Origin: Acidimicrobiia bacterium
Lineage (GTDB): Bacteria; Actinomycetota; Acidimicrobiia; Acidimicrobiales; Bin134
Length of the DNA stretch: 64,000 bases
Reading direction: 5' to 3'
NCBI GenBank assembly: GCA_022821445.1
Contig: JAJEDQ010000038.1
Coordinates: 7,312 to 71,311 of the forward strand
Positions 53,030 through 63,000 of this stretch are shown here, one piece after another. The position numbers and the translations under genes were made by a program. Below the pieces are notes generated by a model that worked only from the letters and a program-made list of their open reading frames with translations, had not been told where the DNA came from and did no database searches. Within the stretch, counting starts at the first letter, position 1. Every line of letters starts with the position of its first letter.

Positions 53030-54352
53030 TCAACTCGGAAGCCGCACCGGATCAGAGGCATCGAGATAGAGCGCCCCGAGGCCGACGAAGAGCAGGACCA
53101 CCACCACCGCGTAGGCGACAGGGATCATCTTGGACACGTCGGCGGTATAGCGGCGGCCTCGGCGAGAGCGAAGGCGCTCATAGGTGGCGATCACCACATG
53201 GCCGCCATCGAAGGGAAGGAGCGGAATCATGTTGAAGACCCCGATAAAGATGTTCACCAGGGCGAAAAGCAGCAGCAGGCTGCCGTAATTCTCGGTGATG
53301 TCGGCAATGAAGTCGGCAAATATCCTGAGCACTCCGAGGATGGAGATCACTCGTTCCTCATCATCCACTGCGGTACTGGAGAACGTCCCTCCGCCCACCG
53401 AGGAGACTTCTTGGCTTGCAGGCTCCTCGGTAACCCTTTGGAAGAAACCGCTGAGTCCACCGGGTGAGAAGAGCTTCCCGATTGCCACCGCGGACTCTTT
53501 GGCAAGAAAGCCGAACTCCTCCAGGGACTCGGGAACGGCCTCGACAAACCCGACCTCTACCGATTGGCTTTCCCGGGCGTTCAGAGAACGGACCCCCAGG
53601 TAGCCCCGATCTGCATCGAAAGGATGAGTGCCGAGTGTCAGCGAGCGGGTGAGGAGATCGCCGTCTCGAAGAATGCCCAGGCTGACCGGCGTCCCCGGTT
53701 CGGGCAGAACCACCACCAAGTCGTCCATAGTGGCCACCGAATCCCCATTCACGGACACGATCCGATCGCCGGGCTGCAATCCGGCTTCCACAGCAGGTGA
53801 ATCGTCGGCTACTTGGGTCACGGACCAATCCGAAGATGGAACGCTCTCCGTCCTCCCGCCAATCACCAGAAAGGTGAAGAGCAGCACCAGGGCCAGCAGA
53901 AAATGCATGGTAGAGCCCGCCACAGCCACAGACATTCGCCGCCAATAGGGCTTGCTTCGGTATGTTCGGGACTCGTCAGCAGGAGGAACTTCCTCGAGGT
54001 TGTTCATCCCGATAATCCGGACATACGCCCCAAACGGAATCGCCTTGAGGCCGAAGACTGTCTCCCCCCGACGGAACGACCAGAGCCGGGGCCCGAATCC
54101 CAGGAAGAACTCGGTGACCTTCATGCCCGCCCACCGCGCCGTCAGGTAGTGCCCCATTTCGTGAAGGAACAGCATGAGGAGAATGAGCAGCAGCGCCACC
54201 AGCATTGGGACACCCCAAATCGCCGATACAACCGCGAGCAATCCCGCAACCAGCACCAACCCCTGCCAACTCTCGCGAGACGCCTTCAAGGTGGCGAGTG
54301 GAGATGGTCCAGACTGGCCGCCCCGCCACGAACCAGGTAGATGAAAGCCCAT
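53030..54352 (-). CDS. Site-2 (RIP) zinc metalloprotease, M50 family with a PDZ domain
   Basis: 440 aa with HEMGHYLTARWAG (HExxH), a PDZ-like region (GLQPGDRIVSVNG) and NMIPLLPFDGGH. Confidence 0.88.
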   Translation of the reverse strand: MGFHLPGSWRGGQSGPSPLATLKASRESWQGLVLVAGLLAVVSAIWGVPMLVALLLILLMLFLHEMGHYLTARWAGMKVTEFFLGFGPRLWSFRRGETVFGLKAIPFGAYVRIIGMNNLEEVPPADESRTYRSKPYWRRMSVAVAGSTMHFLLALVLLFTFLVIGGRTESVPSSDWSVTQVADDSPAVEAGLQPGDRIVSVNGDSVATMDDLVVVLPEPGTPVSLGILRDGDLLTRSLTLGTHPFDADRGYLGVRSLNARESQSVEVGFVEAVPESLEEFGFLAKESAVAIGKLFSPGGLSGFFQRVTEEPASQEVSSVGGGTFSSTAVDDEERVISILGVLRIFADFIADITENYGSLLLLFALVNIFIGVFNMIPLLPFDGGHVVIATYERLRSRRGRRYTADVSKMIPVAYAVVVVLLFVGLGALYLDASDPVRLPS

Positions 54353-54355
54353 CGC

Positions 54356-55549
54356 CTAGCTGCGGTCGAACCGGCGGGCGACAACGTGCTTGGCCGCGGC
54401 TCGGGCTTTGCCGTCGATCTCCATGACCGCCTCCAGGGAGTCGGCCTCAGTGCCGTCGTGGTCGCCTAAGACCGTCTCCAAAACCTCGGGAATTGCCGTC
54501 CATCGTATCCGCTTATCGAGAAAAGCCTGCACGGCCACCTCGTTGGCCGCATTCAGCAACGCGGGTGCGGTCTCGCCCATGCGCCCGGCAGCGTAAGCCA
54601 GACTCAGGCAGGGAAATGCCTCGGTATCAGGGGGCTCGAAGTCCAGCCGGCGCAGCTCGGCCCAATCGATGCGGCCAAACGGGGTGGCGATGCGGTCGGG
54701 GTAGGCGATGGCATAGCCGATGCACAACCGCATATCGGGCAGCGAGAGCTGGGCGATGGTGGCGCCATCGCTGTACTCCACCATCGAGTGGACCACCGAC
54801 TGAGGATGGACGACGACCTCGATGCGGTCGTAGCCCAATCCAAACAGCTCGTTGGCCTCGATCACCTCCAAGCCCTTGTTCATCAGCGTGGAGGAGTCCA
54901 CCGTGATCTTGGGCCCCATGCTCCATGTGGGATGGGCCAATGCGTGCTCCACCGTCACATCGGCCAACTCATCTCGACTGCGACCCCTGAAAGGTCCGCC
55001 GCTGGCGGTGAGCACGATGCGGTGCACGCGTTTCATTCCCGTTTCAGAGGCCATTCCCGTGTCAGATGTGAACACATCGTTGGCCCGTAAACACTGGTGG
55101 ACAGCGCAGTGCTCGCTGTCCACCGGAAGCAGTTCGGCGCCGGGAGTCTGACGAGCTCTCTGGACAACTGGGCCGGCGGCAATCAGCGACTCCTTGTTGG
55201 CCAGAGCCAAGCGCCGGCCCGCCTCCAGGGCGGCCAGGGTCACCGGCAGGCCGGCGAATCCGACAACCCCGTTCACCACCACATCTCCCATCACGGCTGC
55301 TTCGGCCAGGGCAGAAGCACCGCTCGCCACGGAAATCCCCGGCAGCGCCTCTTGAACCTCGGGGAGCCGTTCAAAGTCGCCCACCACCACTAATCGGGGC
55401 TGAAACTCCTGGGCTTGGGCCACCAACTGGTCGACGGAGCGGCCGGCACCCAATGCCACTACGTCCCAGGCGCCGGGCTCAGCCCGCACCACATCCAGCG
55501 TCTGGACTCCGATCGAGCCGGTGGAACCAAGCAGAGACAGAGAGGTCAT
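54356..55549 (-). CDS. dxr: 1-deoxy-D-xylulose 5-phosphate reductoisomerase
   Basis: 397 aa with LGSTGSIGVQTLDV, LANKESL and PVDSEH. Confidence 0.95.
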   Translation of the reverse strand: MTSLSLLGSTGSIGVQTLDVVRAEPGAWDVVALGAGRSVDQLVAQAQEFQPRLVVVGDFERLPEVQEALPGISVASGASALAEAAVMGDVVVNGVVGFAGLPVTLAALEAGRRLALANKESLIAAGPVVQRARQTPGAELLPVDSEHCAVHQCLRANDVFTSDTGMASETGMKRVHRIVLTASGGPFRGRSRDELADVTVEHALAHPTWSMGPKITVDSSTLMNKGLEVIEANELFGLGYDRIEVVVHPQSVVHSMVEYSDGATIAQLSLPDMRLCIGYAIAYPDRIATPFGRIDWAELRRLDFEPPDTEAFPCLSLAYAAGRMGETAPALLNAANEVAVQAFLDKRIRWTAIPEVLETVLGDHDGTEADSLEAVMEIDGKARAAAKHVVARRFDRS

Positions 55550-55579
55550 GAGCGAATCGCGTCGGTGTCGCCCGGTGGC

Positions 55580-56860
55580 TCAGATTACATCCAGCATCAG
55601 GGCGGTGAAGTAGGTGGCCGGCAGCACAAAGAGGAGAGCGTCGATCCGGTCCAACATCCCTCCGTGGCCGGGCAGCAGCGAGCCCATGTCCTTGATGCCG
55701 ACATCTCGCTTGATGGCCGACTCCGTGAGATCGGCCAGCGGCGCCACCACGGCGACCACGATTCCCAGGACCACTCCGTCGGAACGCGATCCAGACCCAT
55801 CTCCGAAAGGACCGATCTCCAGGATGGAGATGAACACCAATGCAGCCGCGATGGTGAGGATGGTGCCGCCGATCAGACCCTCCACCGTCTTGCTGGGACT
55901 GGCCTTCGACAGCGGGGTGCGGCCTGCGGCCCGCCCAACGGCGTATGCGCCCACATCGTGGGCCACGGTCAAAATCACTGCGCTCAGCACCAGTTCGGCG
56001 CCGTCGGGCATGTCCAGCAGAAGTCCGCCGAAGGCCCCGGTCACCCCGATGTAGGTGATCCCCAGCAGGGTTACCCCTAGGTTGGCCAGGATCCGGTTGC
56101 CGCCCACTCCGCCCAGGTACCACAGCCCCGATCCGAACAGGGCGAATACCAATACCAGCACGATGCCGTCGGCACCTCGCCAGTAGGCAGCCAGCGGCAT
56201 GGCCGCCACTGCGGCAAACCCCACCAACGCCGGAGGTTGATAGCCCGCATGGCGCATGGTGGTGAACCACTCTGCGGCGGCAATCAGGAGCGCGATGACA
56301 AGCACCGCGAGCGTGACCTCCTCGCCCAGGGCAACAGCGCCCAAGACGATTCCGCCCAGCACCAGACCAACCACGAGAGCGGTCATGGTGTTGCCGTTTC
56401 GAGAAGTCGTCCGGCCATCGGCCATTGCCGGAGATGGCGGCATCAACGGAGAGTCCCGGGTCTCGACCATCCCCGAGGCAATCGGAGACTCGGAAACGTC
56501 CAACGACAAGACCTCGTCCACCCGGTCCACCGAGGGGAACTCCACGGCCTCAGTGGGCACTGGGTCCTCGAAAACGCTCGCCTCTTCCAGAGCGTGGCTG
56601 ACGTCTTCTGGGTCGGACAGGTCGGCAAAGGAGTCCTCCGCCGCATCGTCGCGCCAGCGGGGAGCAGCATCGGTGAGACTGTCCCAATCCTCCTCCGGCT
56701 CTGATTCCGCATCGGCGGGCTCATCCCAGCGAGGCAGATCAGCGTCATCTTCTTCCTCGTCGAAGAGAGATGTCAGATCATCCAAGAAGCCGGCCTGCTC
56801 GTCGTCGGGAGGTCCTCCAGACGGGTCGTTGGGTTTTTGGAAAGGATTGTCTTCGGCCAC
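55580..56860 (-). CDS. cdsA: Phosphatidate cytidylyltransferase with a ~150-aa acidic N-terminal extension
   Basis: The C-terminal ~280 aa are multi-TM with the signature SAIKRDVGIKDMGSLLPGHGGMLDRID. The N-terminus is rich in D and E (DDLTSLFDEEEDDADLPRWDEPADAESEPEEDWD...). Confidence 0.88.
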   Translation of the reverse strand: MAEDNPFQKPNDPSGGPPDDEQAGFLDDLTSLFDEEEDDADLPRWDEPADAESEPEEDWDSLTDAAPRWRDDAAEDSFADLSDPEDVSHALEEASVFEDPVPTEAVEFPSVDRVDEVLSLDVSESPIASGMVETRDSPLMPPSPAMADGRTTSRNGNTMTALVVGLVLGGIVLGAVALGEEVTLAVLVIALLIAAAEWFTTMRHAGYQPPALVGFAAVAAMPLAAYWRGADGIVLVLVFALFGSGLWYLGGVGGNRILANLGVTLLGITYIGVTGAFGGLLLDMPDGAELVLSAVILTVAHDVGAYAVGRAAGRTPLSKASPSKTVEGLIGGTILTIAAALVFISILEIGPFGDGSGSRSDGVVLGIVVAVVAPLADLTESAIKRDVGIKDMGSLLPGHGGMLDRIDALLFVLPATYFTALMLDVI

Positions 56861-56884
56861 TGCCCCTCCAGTTATTCAGACAGT

Positions 56885-57478
56885 TTAGATTTCGAGCAGC
56901 TCTTGTTCTTTGACGCTCAAGGCATCATTGATGAGCTGCTCATGGTCGTGGGTTAGCTGGTCAAGGTCTTTCCCCGCTCTGACAGCAATGTCCTCGGAAA
57001 CATCGCCGGCTTTGCTGAGTTGATCAACCTCATGGCGCCCGCTGCGGCGGGTGTTGCGAATCGCCACCCGCCCCTCTTCTGCCATCTGTTTGACCAGTCG
57101 TACCAGCTCGCGGCGGCGCTCCTCGGTTAGCGGTGGGAATGTCAGTCGCACCACATTGCCGTCATTGCTGGGGTTGAGCCCAAGATCAGCTTGGATGATG
57201 GCCCGCTCAATTGCGGCAATCGAGCCTTTGTCGAATGGGGAGATCACCAGAAGCTGCGCCTCGGGAACACTGAAGCTGGCAAGCTGCTGGAGCGGCACTT
57301 CAGTGCCGTAGTAGTCCACGAGAAACCTCTCAAACAGCGCCGGAGATGCCCGCCCGGTCCGGACGGAGGCGAACTGCTGTCGGGTGTGGTGCACCGCAGA
57401 GTCCATTCGCCCCCCGGCCTCCTCCAGAACCAAGTCGGTCAGCTCATTGCCGGTGGTCATCCCGCTCGCATCCTTCAA
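56885..57478 (-). CDS. frr: Ribosome recycling factor
   Basis: ...RMDSAVHHTRQQFASVRTGRASPALFERFLVDYYG.... The track start is TTG 57478; the ATG at 57460 (MTTGNEL...) is equally plausible. Confidence 0.92.
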   Translation of the reverse strand: MKDASGMTTGNELTDLVLEEAGGRMDSAVHHTRQQFASVRTGRASPALFERFLVDYYGTEVPLQQLASFSVPEAQLLVISPFDKGSIAAIERAIIQADLGLNPSNDGNVVRLTFPPLTEERRRELVRLVKQMAEEGRVAIRNTRRSGRHEVDQLSKAGDVSEDIAVRAGKDLDQLTHDHEQLINDALSVKEQELLEI

Positions 57479-57547
57479 CGACCACGGCCGCTCGGCAGGA
57501 AGACATCAGAACCGGTAGTCATGACTTCGAGGTTGTCGGATAACCCC

Positions 57548-58288
57548 TCACGACACCAGAGTACCGATCGGCTGGCCGTCGAGTATGGCGCGTACGTTTC
57601 CCGGCTTCATGAGGTCGAAGACGACGATGGGCAATTTGTTGTCCATGCACAACGAGACGGCGGTGCTGTCCATGGCCCTCAGACCCTGGGACAGCACATC
57701 CAAGTACTGCACCTCATCGAGCTTTTCGGCATCTGGGTCGATCCGGGGATCGGCGGTATAGACCCCATCGGTGCCACTGTGAGTTCCCTTCAACAACACA
57801 CCGGCCTCAATCTCTACCGCCCGAAGAGCAGCCGCGGTGTCGGTTGTGAAGAATGGGTTGCCTGTCCCGGCCGCAAAGATCACTACCCGCCCCTTCTCCA
57901 GGTGGCGAATGGCCCTGCGGCGGATATACGGCTCGGCCACTTGGGCCATACCGATGGCGGTCTGCACCCGAGTGGGCTGATTGAGTCGCTCAAGCGTGTC
58001 CTGGAGGGCAAGGGCATTGATAACCGTGGCCAACATCCCCATGTAGTCGGCTTGAGCCCGGTCCATGCCCGCGCCCGCCCCGGTCATACCCCGCCAGATG
58101 TTTCCCCCTCCGACCACGACCGCCACGTCCACATCGAATCCAGCCCTGACTTTGACGATTTCGTCGGCGATTTGCGCGGCGATCTCGCCATCAATGCCAT
58201 ATCCGGCCTCTCCGGCAAATGCTTCTCCAGAGAGTTTCAGGACAATCCGGTCCCACCGGCCTGATCGCTTTACGCCGTCGGCGGTCAT
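57548..58288 (-). CDS. pyrH: UMP kinase
   Basis: 246 aa with [21 protein letters not shown] and [17 protein letters not shown]. Confidence 0.95.
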   Translation of the reverse strand: MTADGVKRSGRWDRIVLKLSGEAFAGEAGYGIDGEIAAQIADEIVKVRAGFDVDVAVVVGGGNIWRGMTGAGAGMDRAQADYMGMLATVINALALQDTLERLNQPTRVQTAIGMAQVAEPYIRRRAIRHLEKGRVVIFAAGTGNPFFTTDTAAALRAVEIEAGVLLKGTHSGTDGVYTADPRIDPDAEKLDEVQYLDVLSQGLRAMDSTAVSLCMDNKLPIVVFDLMKPGNVRAILDGQPIGTLVS

Positions 58289-58297
58289 TGTGCAGCA

Positions 58298-59089
58298 CTA
58301 ACTGCCGATGGATGCCAACTCGAAACGGACAATCTCACCGTCACCCAAACGAGATTGTACGGTCTCCTTCTCTCCGAACATGCCCTGTTCCAGTAGGACG
58401 CGCTCGGCAAACCATGCCCGCAAGCGGCCGCTGACGATCTTCTCCCAAGCTTGCTCGGGCTTGCCCTCAGCTTTGGTCATCTCAGTGAGGGCGATCCGCT
58501 CCCGCTCAACTTCGTCGGGGTCGACGTCGTCGCGATGCAGCACCGAGGGCTTGGCAAAGGCGATGTGAAGAGCCACTTCGTGGGCCTGGTCTTGGCTCAT
58601 GGCGCGGGCCTCTACCACCACGGCACTGGTCCCTCTGCCATCCTGAGTGTGGAGGTAGGTGTCCAGGATGTTGCCATCGGCAGCTTCGACCTTGACAACC
58701 TTGCCCAACTGGACGTTCTCCTTCTTGGCCAGACTGAGATCCTCGAGTGCGGCTTGGCGAGTCTCCACCGATTCTTCGCCTGAGGCCAGTACCAACTGAG
58801 CCAGCTCATCAGCCAGGGCGGTGAAGTCATCGGCCTTGGCCGAGAAGTCGGTCTCACAGCGAAGTTCGACAATGGCAGCGGCATTGCCGTCCACCGCCAA
58901 GGCCACCGCGCCCTGATCGCTGGCCCGCTCGGCCCGAGCAGCCGCCTTGGCGATGCCCTTCTCGCGCAGCCATTGGGTGGCGGCCTCCATGTCTCCGTCG
59001 CTTTCGGCGAGGGCGCGCTTGCAATCCATCATTCCGGCGCCAGTGGCCTGGCGCAGCGCCTTGACGTCTTGGGCGGTAAACGAACTCAC
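58298..59089 (-). CDS. tsf: Translation elongation factor Ts
   Basis: 263 aa with [37 protein letters not shown] (UBA-like N-domain). The GTG start overlaps the rpsB stop (GTGA). Confidence 0.95.
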   Translation of the reverse strand: MSSFTAQDVKALRQATGAGMMDCKRALAESDGDMEAATQWLREKGIAKAAARAERASDQGAVALAVDGNAAAIVELRCETDFSAKADDFTALADELAQLVLASGEESVETRQAALEDLSLAKKENVQLGKVVKVEAADGNILDTYLHTQDGRGTSAVVVEARAMSQDQAHEVALHIAFAKPSVLHRDDVDPDEVERERIALTEMTKAEGKPEQAWEKIVSGRLRAWFAERVLLEQGMFGEKETVQSRLGDGEIVRFELASIGS

Positions 59090-60030
59090 GCTTGCTCCTG
59101 GAGATCGGTTTGCTCGGCTTCGACAGTTGGCTCCGCGGCCTCGGGGACTGCCCCTTGGACCTCAGCCTCCGCCGCCACAGGGACAGCCTGCTGGACCTCA
59201 GCCTCCGCCGCCACAGCGACAGCCTGCTGGACCTCAGCCTCCGCCGCCACAGGGACAGCCTCGGCGGTTGGCTTGTCTTCGACTGCGGCCTCGGGCTGAG
59301 GAGCATCAGTATCAGGCTGGATTTTGGCAACGTTGTTTCCCTGGGCGATGAAGCGACCCTCAAGAACGGCGTCGCTGATAATCCGACACATCAGCTCGCC
59401 GGAGCGGATGGCGTCGTCATTGCCGGGAATGACGTACTGGATCACATCGGGATCGCAATTGGTGTCCACCACTGCGATCACCGGGAGCTTCAACTTGTTC
59501 GCCTCGGCCACGGCGATGTGCTCTTTTTTGGTATCCAGAACGAACACCGCATCAGGGGGCCGGGTCAGATCTCGGATGCCGTTGAGGTTCCGCTCCAATT
59601 TCGCCAGTTCCCGGGAAATCAGAAGGGCCTCCTTCTTGGGCATAACGTCAAGTTCGCCCGATCTGCGCATGCGCTGGAACTCCTTCATCTTGCCCATGCG
59701 CTTGGAGATGGTCTCGAAATTGGTCAGGAGACCACCTAGCCACCGCTCGTTCACATAAGGCATTCCCACACGCTCTGCGTAACTCTGCACGCTGTCTTGG
59801 GCCTGCTTCTTGGTGCCCACAAACAGCACTTGACCCCCTCCAGCCACGAGGTCGCGTACATAAGTGTAGGCAGCCTCAATGCGGGCAAGCGTCTGTGTCA
59901 GGTCGATGATGTAGATGCCGTTGCGCTCACCGAAAATGAAGCGCTGCATCTTGGGATTCCAACGGCGAGTCTGGTGTCCGAAGTGGACTCCGGCATCCAG
60001 CAGTTGGCGCATCGTCACGACTGGCGCCAT
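59086..60030 (-). CDS. rpsB: 30S ribosomal protein S2 with an Ala/Glu/Val-rich repeat C-terminal tail
   Basis: [22 protein letters not shown]... is a canonical S2 core of about 255 aa. The tail is ...[46 protein letters not shown].... Confidence 0.96.
   Translation of the reverse strand: MAPVVTMRQLLDAGVHFGHQTRRWNPKMQRFIFGERNGIYIIDLTQTLARIEAAYTYVRDLVAGGGQVLFVGTKKQAQDSVQSYAERVGMPYVNERWLGGLLTNFETISKRMGKMKEFQRMRRSGELDVMPKKEALLISRELAKLERNLNGIRDLTRPPDAVFVLDTKKEHIAVAEANKLKLPVIAVVDTNCDPDVIQYVIPGNDDAIRSGELMCRIISDAVLEGRFIAQGNNVAKIQPDTDAPQPEAAVEDKPTAEAVPVAAEAEVQQAVAVAAEAEVQQAVPVAAEAEVQGAVPEAAEPTVEAEQTDLQEQA
59157..59264. repeat. Three in-frame 36-bp tandem repeats in the rpsB 3' region
   Basis: GGACCTCAGCCTCCGCCGCCACAG(G/C)GACAGCCTGCT begins at 59157, 59193 and 59229. 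Each encodes a 12-aa unit AEAEVQQAV(A/P)VA. Confidence 0.9.
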
Positions 60031-60166
60031 GGCTTTTCTCCTCTCCCAGCGGTTCAGCGAAACCCGGGGTCAGCACCAATTGGCGACCGTGGGATGCCCC
60101 GGGCGGTAATTTCTTCGGCCGGGAACTGCTTCCAGGCCGGGGCACACGATAGCCGAGCCACAAGAC

Positions 60167-60766
60167 TTATCCATAAGCAGGAAGCCGACTTCGACCGCGG
60201 GGCTCAAGGTGCGGCACCAGCCGCACCCTTCCGGCGCTCAACACCAACGCGGGGTCTAGATAGCGGTCTCCGTGTCGGATGCTGAAAAAGAACCGCTCAG
60301 AGGTGGTGCCCAGCTGCTGGCCGAGCGCCACCCGGTCGCCCTCTTCGACGGCAATCCAACCCAGGTACCCGTAGGATGTGCGTAGCCCGTCGCGGTGGAG
60401 CACGGTCACAAACCGGTTGTGAACCACCGATCCGGCGAACACCACCTCCCCCTCCGCCGACGCCCGAACCGGCGATCCGGGCTCGGGGTCGTATTCCAAG
60501 CCCCTGTTGCCCGGTGCCCCCACATGCGCAGGGGCCCGGAACGGATCGATCACTTCTGCATCCACCGGAGACCGATACGCCAAGGGGTGCTCCACCGCAT
60601 CCTGGCTCTGGACACCAGATTCCTGAGCAGCGTGCGGCGGGCTCTGGACAACAGATTCCTGAGCAGCGTGCGGCGGGCTCTGGACAACTGGTGGGCCGGG
60701 TTGCAGAGTCAGCCAGGCCGAAACCGCGGCAGCCGCCAACCCGCCGATGCGCATTCCCAGCACCAT
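60167..60766 (-). CDS. M23 family (LytM-domain) peptidase, secreted or membrane-anchored
   Basis: 199 aa with an N-terminal hydrophobic segment and a core GNRGLEYDPEPGSPVRASAEGEVVFAGSV...VTVLHRDGLRTSYGYL. It contains the repeat VVQSPPHAAQES. Confidence 0.8.
   Translation of the reverse strand: MVLGMRIGGLAAAAVSAWLTLQPGPPVVQSPPHAAQESVVQSPPHAAQESGVQSQDAVEHPLAYRSPVDAEVIDPFRAPAHVGAPGNRGLEYDPEPGSPVRASAEGEVVFAGSVVHNRFVTVLHRDGLRTSYGYLGWIAVEEGDRVALGQQLGTTSERFFFSIRHGDRYLDPALVLSAGRVRLVPHLEPRGRSRLPAYG
60607..60690. repeat. In-frame 36-bp tandem repeat (2 copies plus a partial copy) in the M23 peptidase gene
   Basis: CTGGACA(C/A)CAGATTCCTGAGCAGCGTGCGGCGGGCT at 60607 and 60643, with a partial copy from 60679. 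It encodes (S/E)VVQSPPHAAQES twice. Confidence 0.9.
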
Positions 60767-60830
60767 GACATCCCCTCGATCTTCTGAAGTCGGGGGGAGG
60801 CGAGCTCAGGCTATCGGCAAACCGCGGCAG

Positions 60831-61742
60831 TCAGGCTCTCGGGTGGTTGTCCTCCACTACTCTGCGGAGCCGTTCCCGGCTGACATGGGTGTAGATCTGA
60901 GTAGATCCCAGATCCGAGTGACCCAATAGCTCCTGCACTTGCCGGAGGTCGGCCCCCCCGTCAAGGAGGTGGGTGGCGAAGGTGTGGCGCAGAGCATGGG
61001 GGTTGGTCTGCGTGCTGGCTGCCCGATTGACCAGCCGGCGCACCCCTTGGGTGTTCAGCGGCCGCCCAGACAGGTTCACGAACACGGCATCACCGGCTGT
61101 GGAGGGATCAGCCATTTCCCCCCGGCCATTGGCCAGCCACTCCTCCAGAGCGAGGGCCGCAGGCTCGCTCAGCGGCACGATCCGCTGCTTCGATCCCTTG
61201 CCGTTCACGGTGAGGCGCTGACGATCCAAATCGACGTCGCCGACTCGGATTGCGCACACCTCGCTGACCCGGAGGCCGCTGCCATAGAGCAGCTCCAAGA
61301 CCGCGACGTCGCGTTGGCGCCGAGCTCTGCTGTCGTCGGCCAATGCTGCTCGTGGCTTGTCCAACAAGGCGCCCAATTCCTCAGAGCGAAGCACCCGCGG
61401 CAGATATCGCTCTTGAGTTGGCGTCATCGCACCGATCGTGGGGTCGGCGGCCACCCGGCCAGTGCGTTCCGCCCAGCGGAAATAGCGGCGTAGGGCACTG
61501 GCTTTTCGGGCCACTGTTTTCCGGGCGTAGCCCTCCGTGCTCAGGTAGGCCAGATACCTGCGGATCATGCGGAGGTCGACACTTTCAGGACCTGTTTCCC
61601 CCCCAGCAGCCGTGCTGGAGCTGACTTCAGTGTTTGCCAGCCAATTGGAGAACGCGGCGACTTCACGGCGGTACATCGCCGCGGTGTCTTCGTTGACCGA
61701 AGCGGTCGACGCGGCAAAGGCGTCCAGATCCCACCCCATCAA
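60831..61742 (-). CDS. xerC: Tyrosine recombinase XerC (chromosome dimer resolution)
   Basis: 303 aa with catalytic residues in ...LYGSGLRVSE..., HALRHTFATHLL, GHSDLGSTQIYTHV. It sits in the conserved xerC-dprA-comM neighbourhood. Confidence 0.85.
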   Translation of the reverse strand: MMGWDLDAFAASTASVNEDTAAMYRREVAAFSNWLANTEVSSSTAAGGETGPESVDLRMIRRYLAYLSTEGYARKTVARKASALRRYFRWAERTGRVAADPTIGAMTPTQERYLPRVLRSEELGALLDKPRAALADDSRARRQRDVAVLELLYGSGLRVSEVCAIRVGDVDLDRQRLTVNGKGSKQRIVPLSEPAALALEEWLANGRGEMADPSTAGDAVFVNLSGRPLNTQGVRRLVNRAASTQTNPHALRHTFATHLLDGGADLRQVQELLGHSDLGSTQIYTHVSRERLRRVVEDNHPRA

Positions 61743-61770
61743 CTCTCAAGACTACGGGTTCTTTGCCATC

Positions 61771-63000
61771 TCACCGAGGAATGCCCACCCGCTCAATCCA
61801 ACGTCCTGAGACTGCTATCCAGCCTGCCGCCCGCAACTCCTCCACCGCTCCGGCCACTTGCACCATGGGCAAAGCGGTCCGGCTCTTGATCTGCTCGGCA
61901 TCCGCGGGCTGCCAGCCCAGTGCATCCAGCACCTGCCGGCCGATGGGACCGGGTTCGGGGCGGGAGTCCAAGCGGGATGTCTCCGCCCCGGACAGACCCA
62001 AGGCCAGCAGAACGTCGTCGGCGTCGCGGCAAGGGGCGCAGCCGTCGGCCAACAGCTCTAGACATCCGCCTGATGCGGAACTGCGAACCGGTCCGGGAAC
62101 GGCCAAGACAGCCCGATCCCGGGCTGCGGCTTCGGCCACCGTGTGCATGGCTCCTCCAGAGGCATGGGACTCCACCACCACAACCACATCGGCGAGAGCG
62201 GCGATGATGCGATTGCGAGCCGGAAACCGCCATCGTTCGGGCGGTGCTCCCACTGGCGCCTCCCCCAACAGCACACCATGCTCGGCCACCGCCCGCCACA
62301 GGGCACGATTGCGCTCGGGATATACCCTGTCGAGGCCGTTTCCCACCACCGCGATGGGCGGAGCAGCTTTGGCCTCCAGAACGCCGGCATGGGCGGCGGC
62401 ATCGATGCCCAAGGCCAAACCGGAGACGACGCCCACACCGGCTGAGGCCAAGTCTCGGCCCAATTCAAACGCCACATCGCTGCCATAGCGGGTACATCGG
62501 CGAGTGCCGACGATGGCCACGCGGGGACCGTCAACCACCTGGGGATCGCCAGTGTGGAACACGACCGCGGGCGGGTCTATGTCACAAGACAAAGCAGACG
62601 GATATCCGGGAGTGCCCAAGGCAGCCACTCCCACGCCGTGCTTTCGGTGTTGTTCCCACAACTGGGCCACATCGAGACCAGCGGCGGTGCGGTGCCACTG
62701 CTCGTACAGTTCCCGTTTGCCGGCCACCCGCAACAGCTCAGGAGGTGGCGGTCCCAGCAGTCGGGCCCACACCTCGGCCGGGCTTCCCGCAGACAGCAGC
62801 GCCCGCAGTCGGGCCGGTCCCACTGCGGGCAGAGAGGCCAAGGCCACAAGCCATGCCTCTACCGGCAACTCTCCGGCGCCCTCGGCAATGTCCTCCGCGG
62901 CGAAGTCCTCTGCGGCCAGGTGCCCACTGGTGGGCATCGGCGAGTCTCCAGGGGTCACCGACCCAATGCTCGACAAGGCTCGGTCACCGGGCATTGGCAA
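61771..63000 (-). CDS. dprA: DNA-processing protein DprA (Smf)
   Basis: 409 aa with a Rossmann-like DprA core VSGLALGIDAAAHAG...VVESHASGGAMHT and a C-terminal wHTH-like DML1 region. Confidence 0.85.
   Translation of the reverse strand: MPMPGDRALSSIGSVTPGDSPMPTSGHLAAEDFAAEDIAEGAGELPVEAWLVALASLPAVGPARLRALLSAGSPAEVWARLLGPPPPELLRVAGKRELYEQWHRTAAGLDVAQLWEQHRKHGVGVAALGTPGYPSALSCDIDPPAVVFHTGDPQVVDGPRVAIVGTRRCTRYGSDVAFELGRDLASAGVGVVSGLALGIDAAAHAGVLEAKAAPPIAVVGNGLDRVYPERNRALWRAVAEHGVLLGEAPVGAPPERWRFPARNRIIAALADVVVVVESHASGGAMHTVAEAAARDRAVLAVPGPVRSSASGGCLELLADGCAPCRDADDVLLALGLSGAETSRLDSRPEPGPIGRQVLDALGWQPADAEQIKSRTALPMVQVAGAVEELRAAGWIAVSGRWIERVGIPR

Noticed and set aside
60831-61742. The tyrosine recombinase as the integrase of the 7-11.6 kb cassette or as a marker of a mobile element.
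   Set aside because: It is 49 kb away. It sits in the conserved xerC-dprA-comM housekeeping neighbourhood, has host-like composition and XerC-type motifs, and no att-like repeats or phage/ICE genes are nearby.
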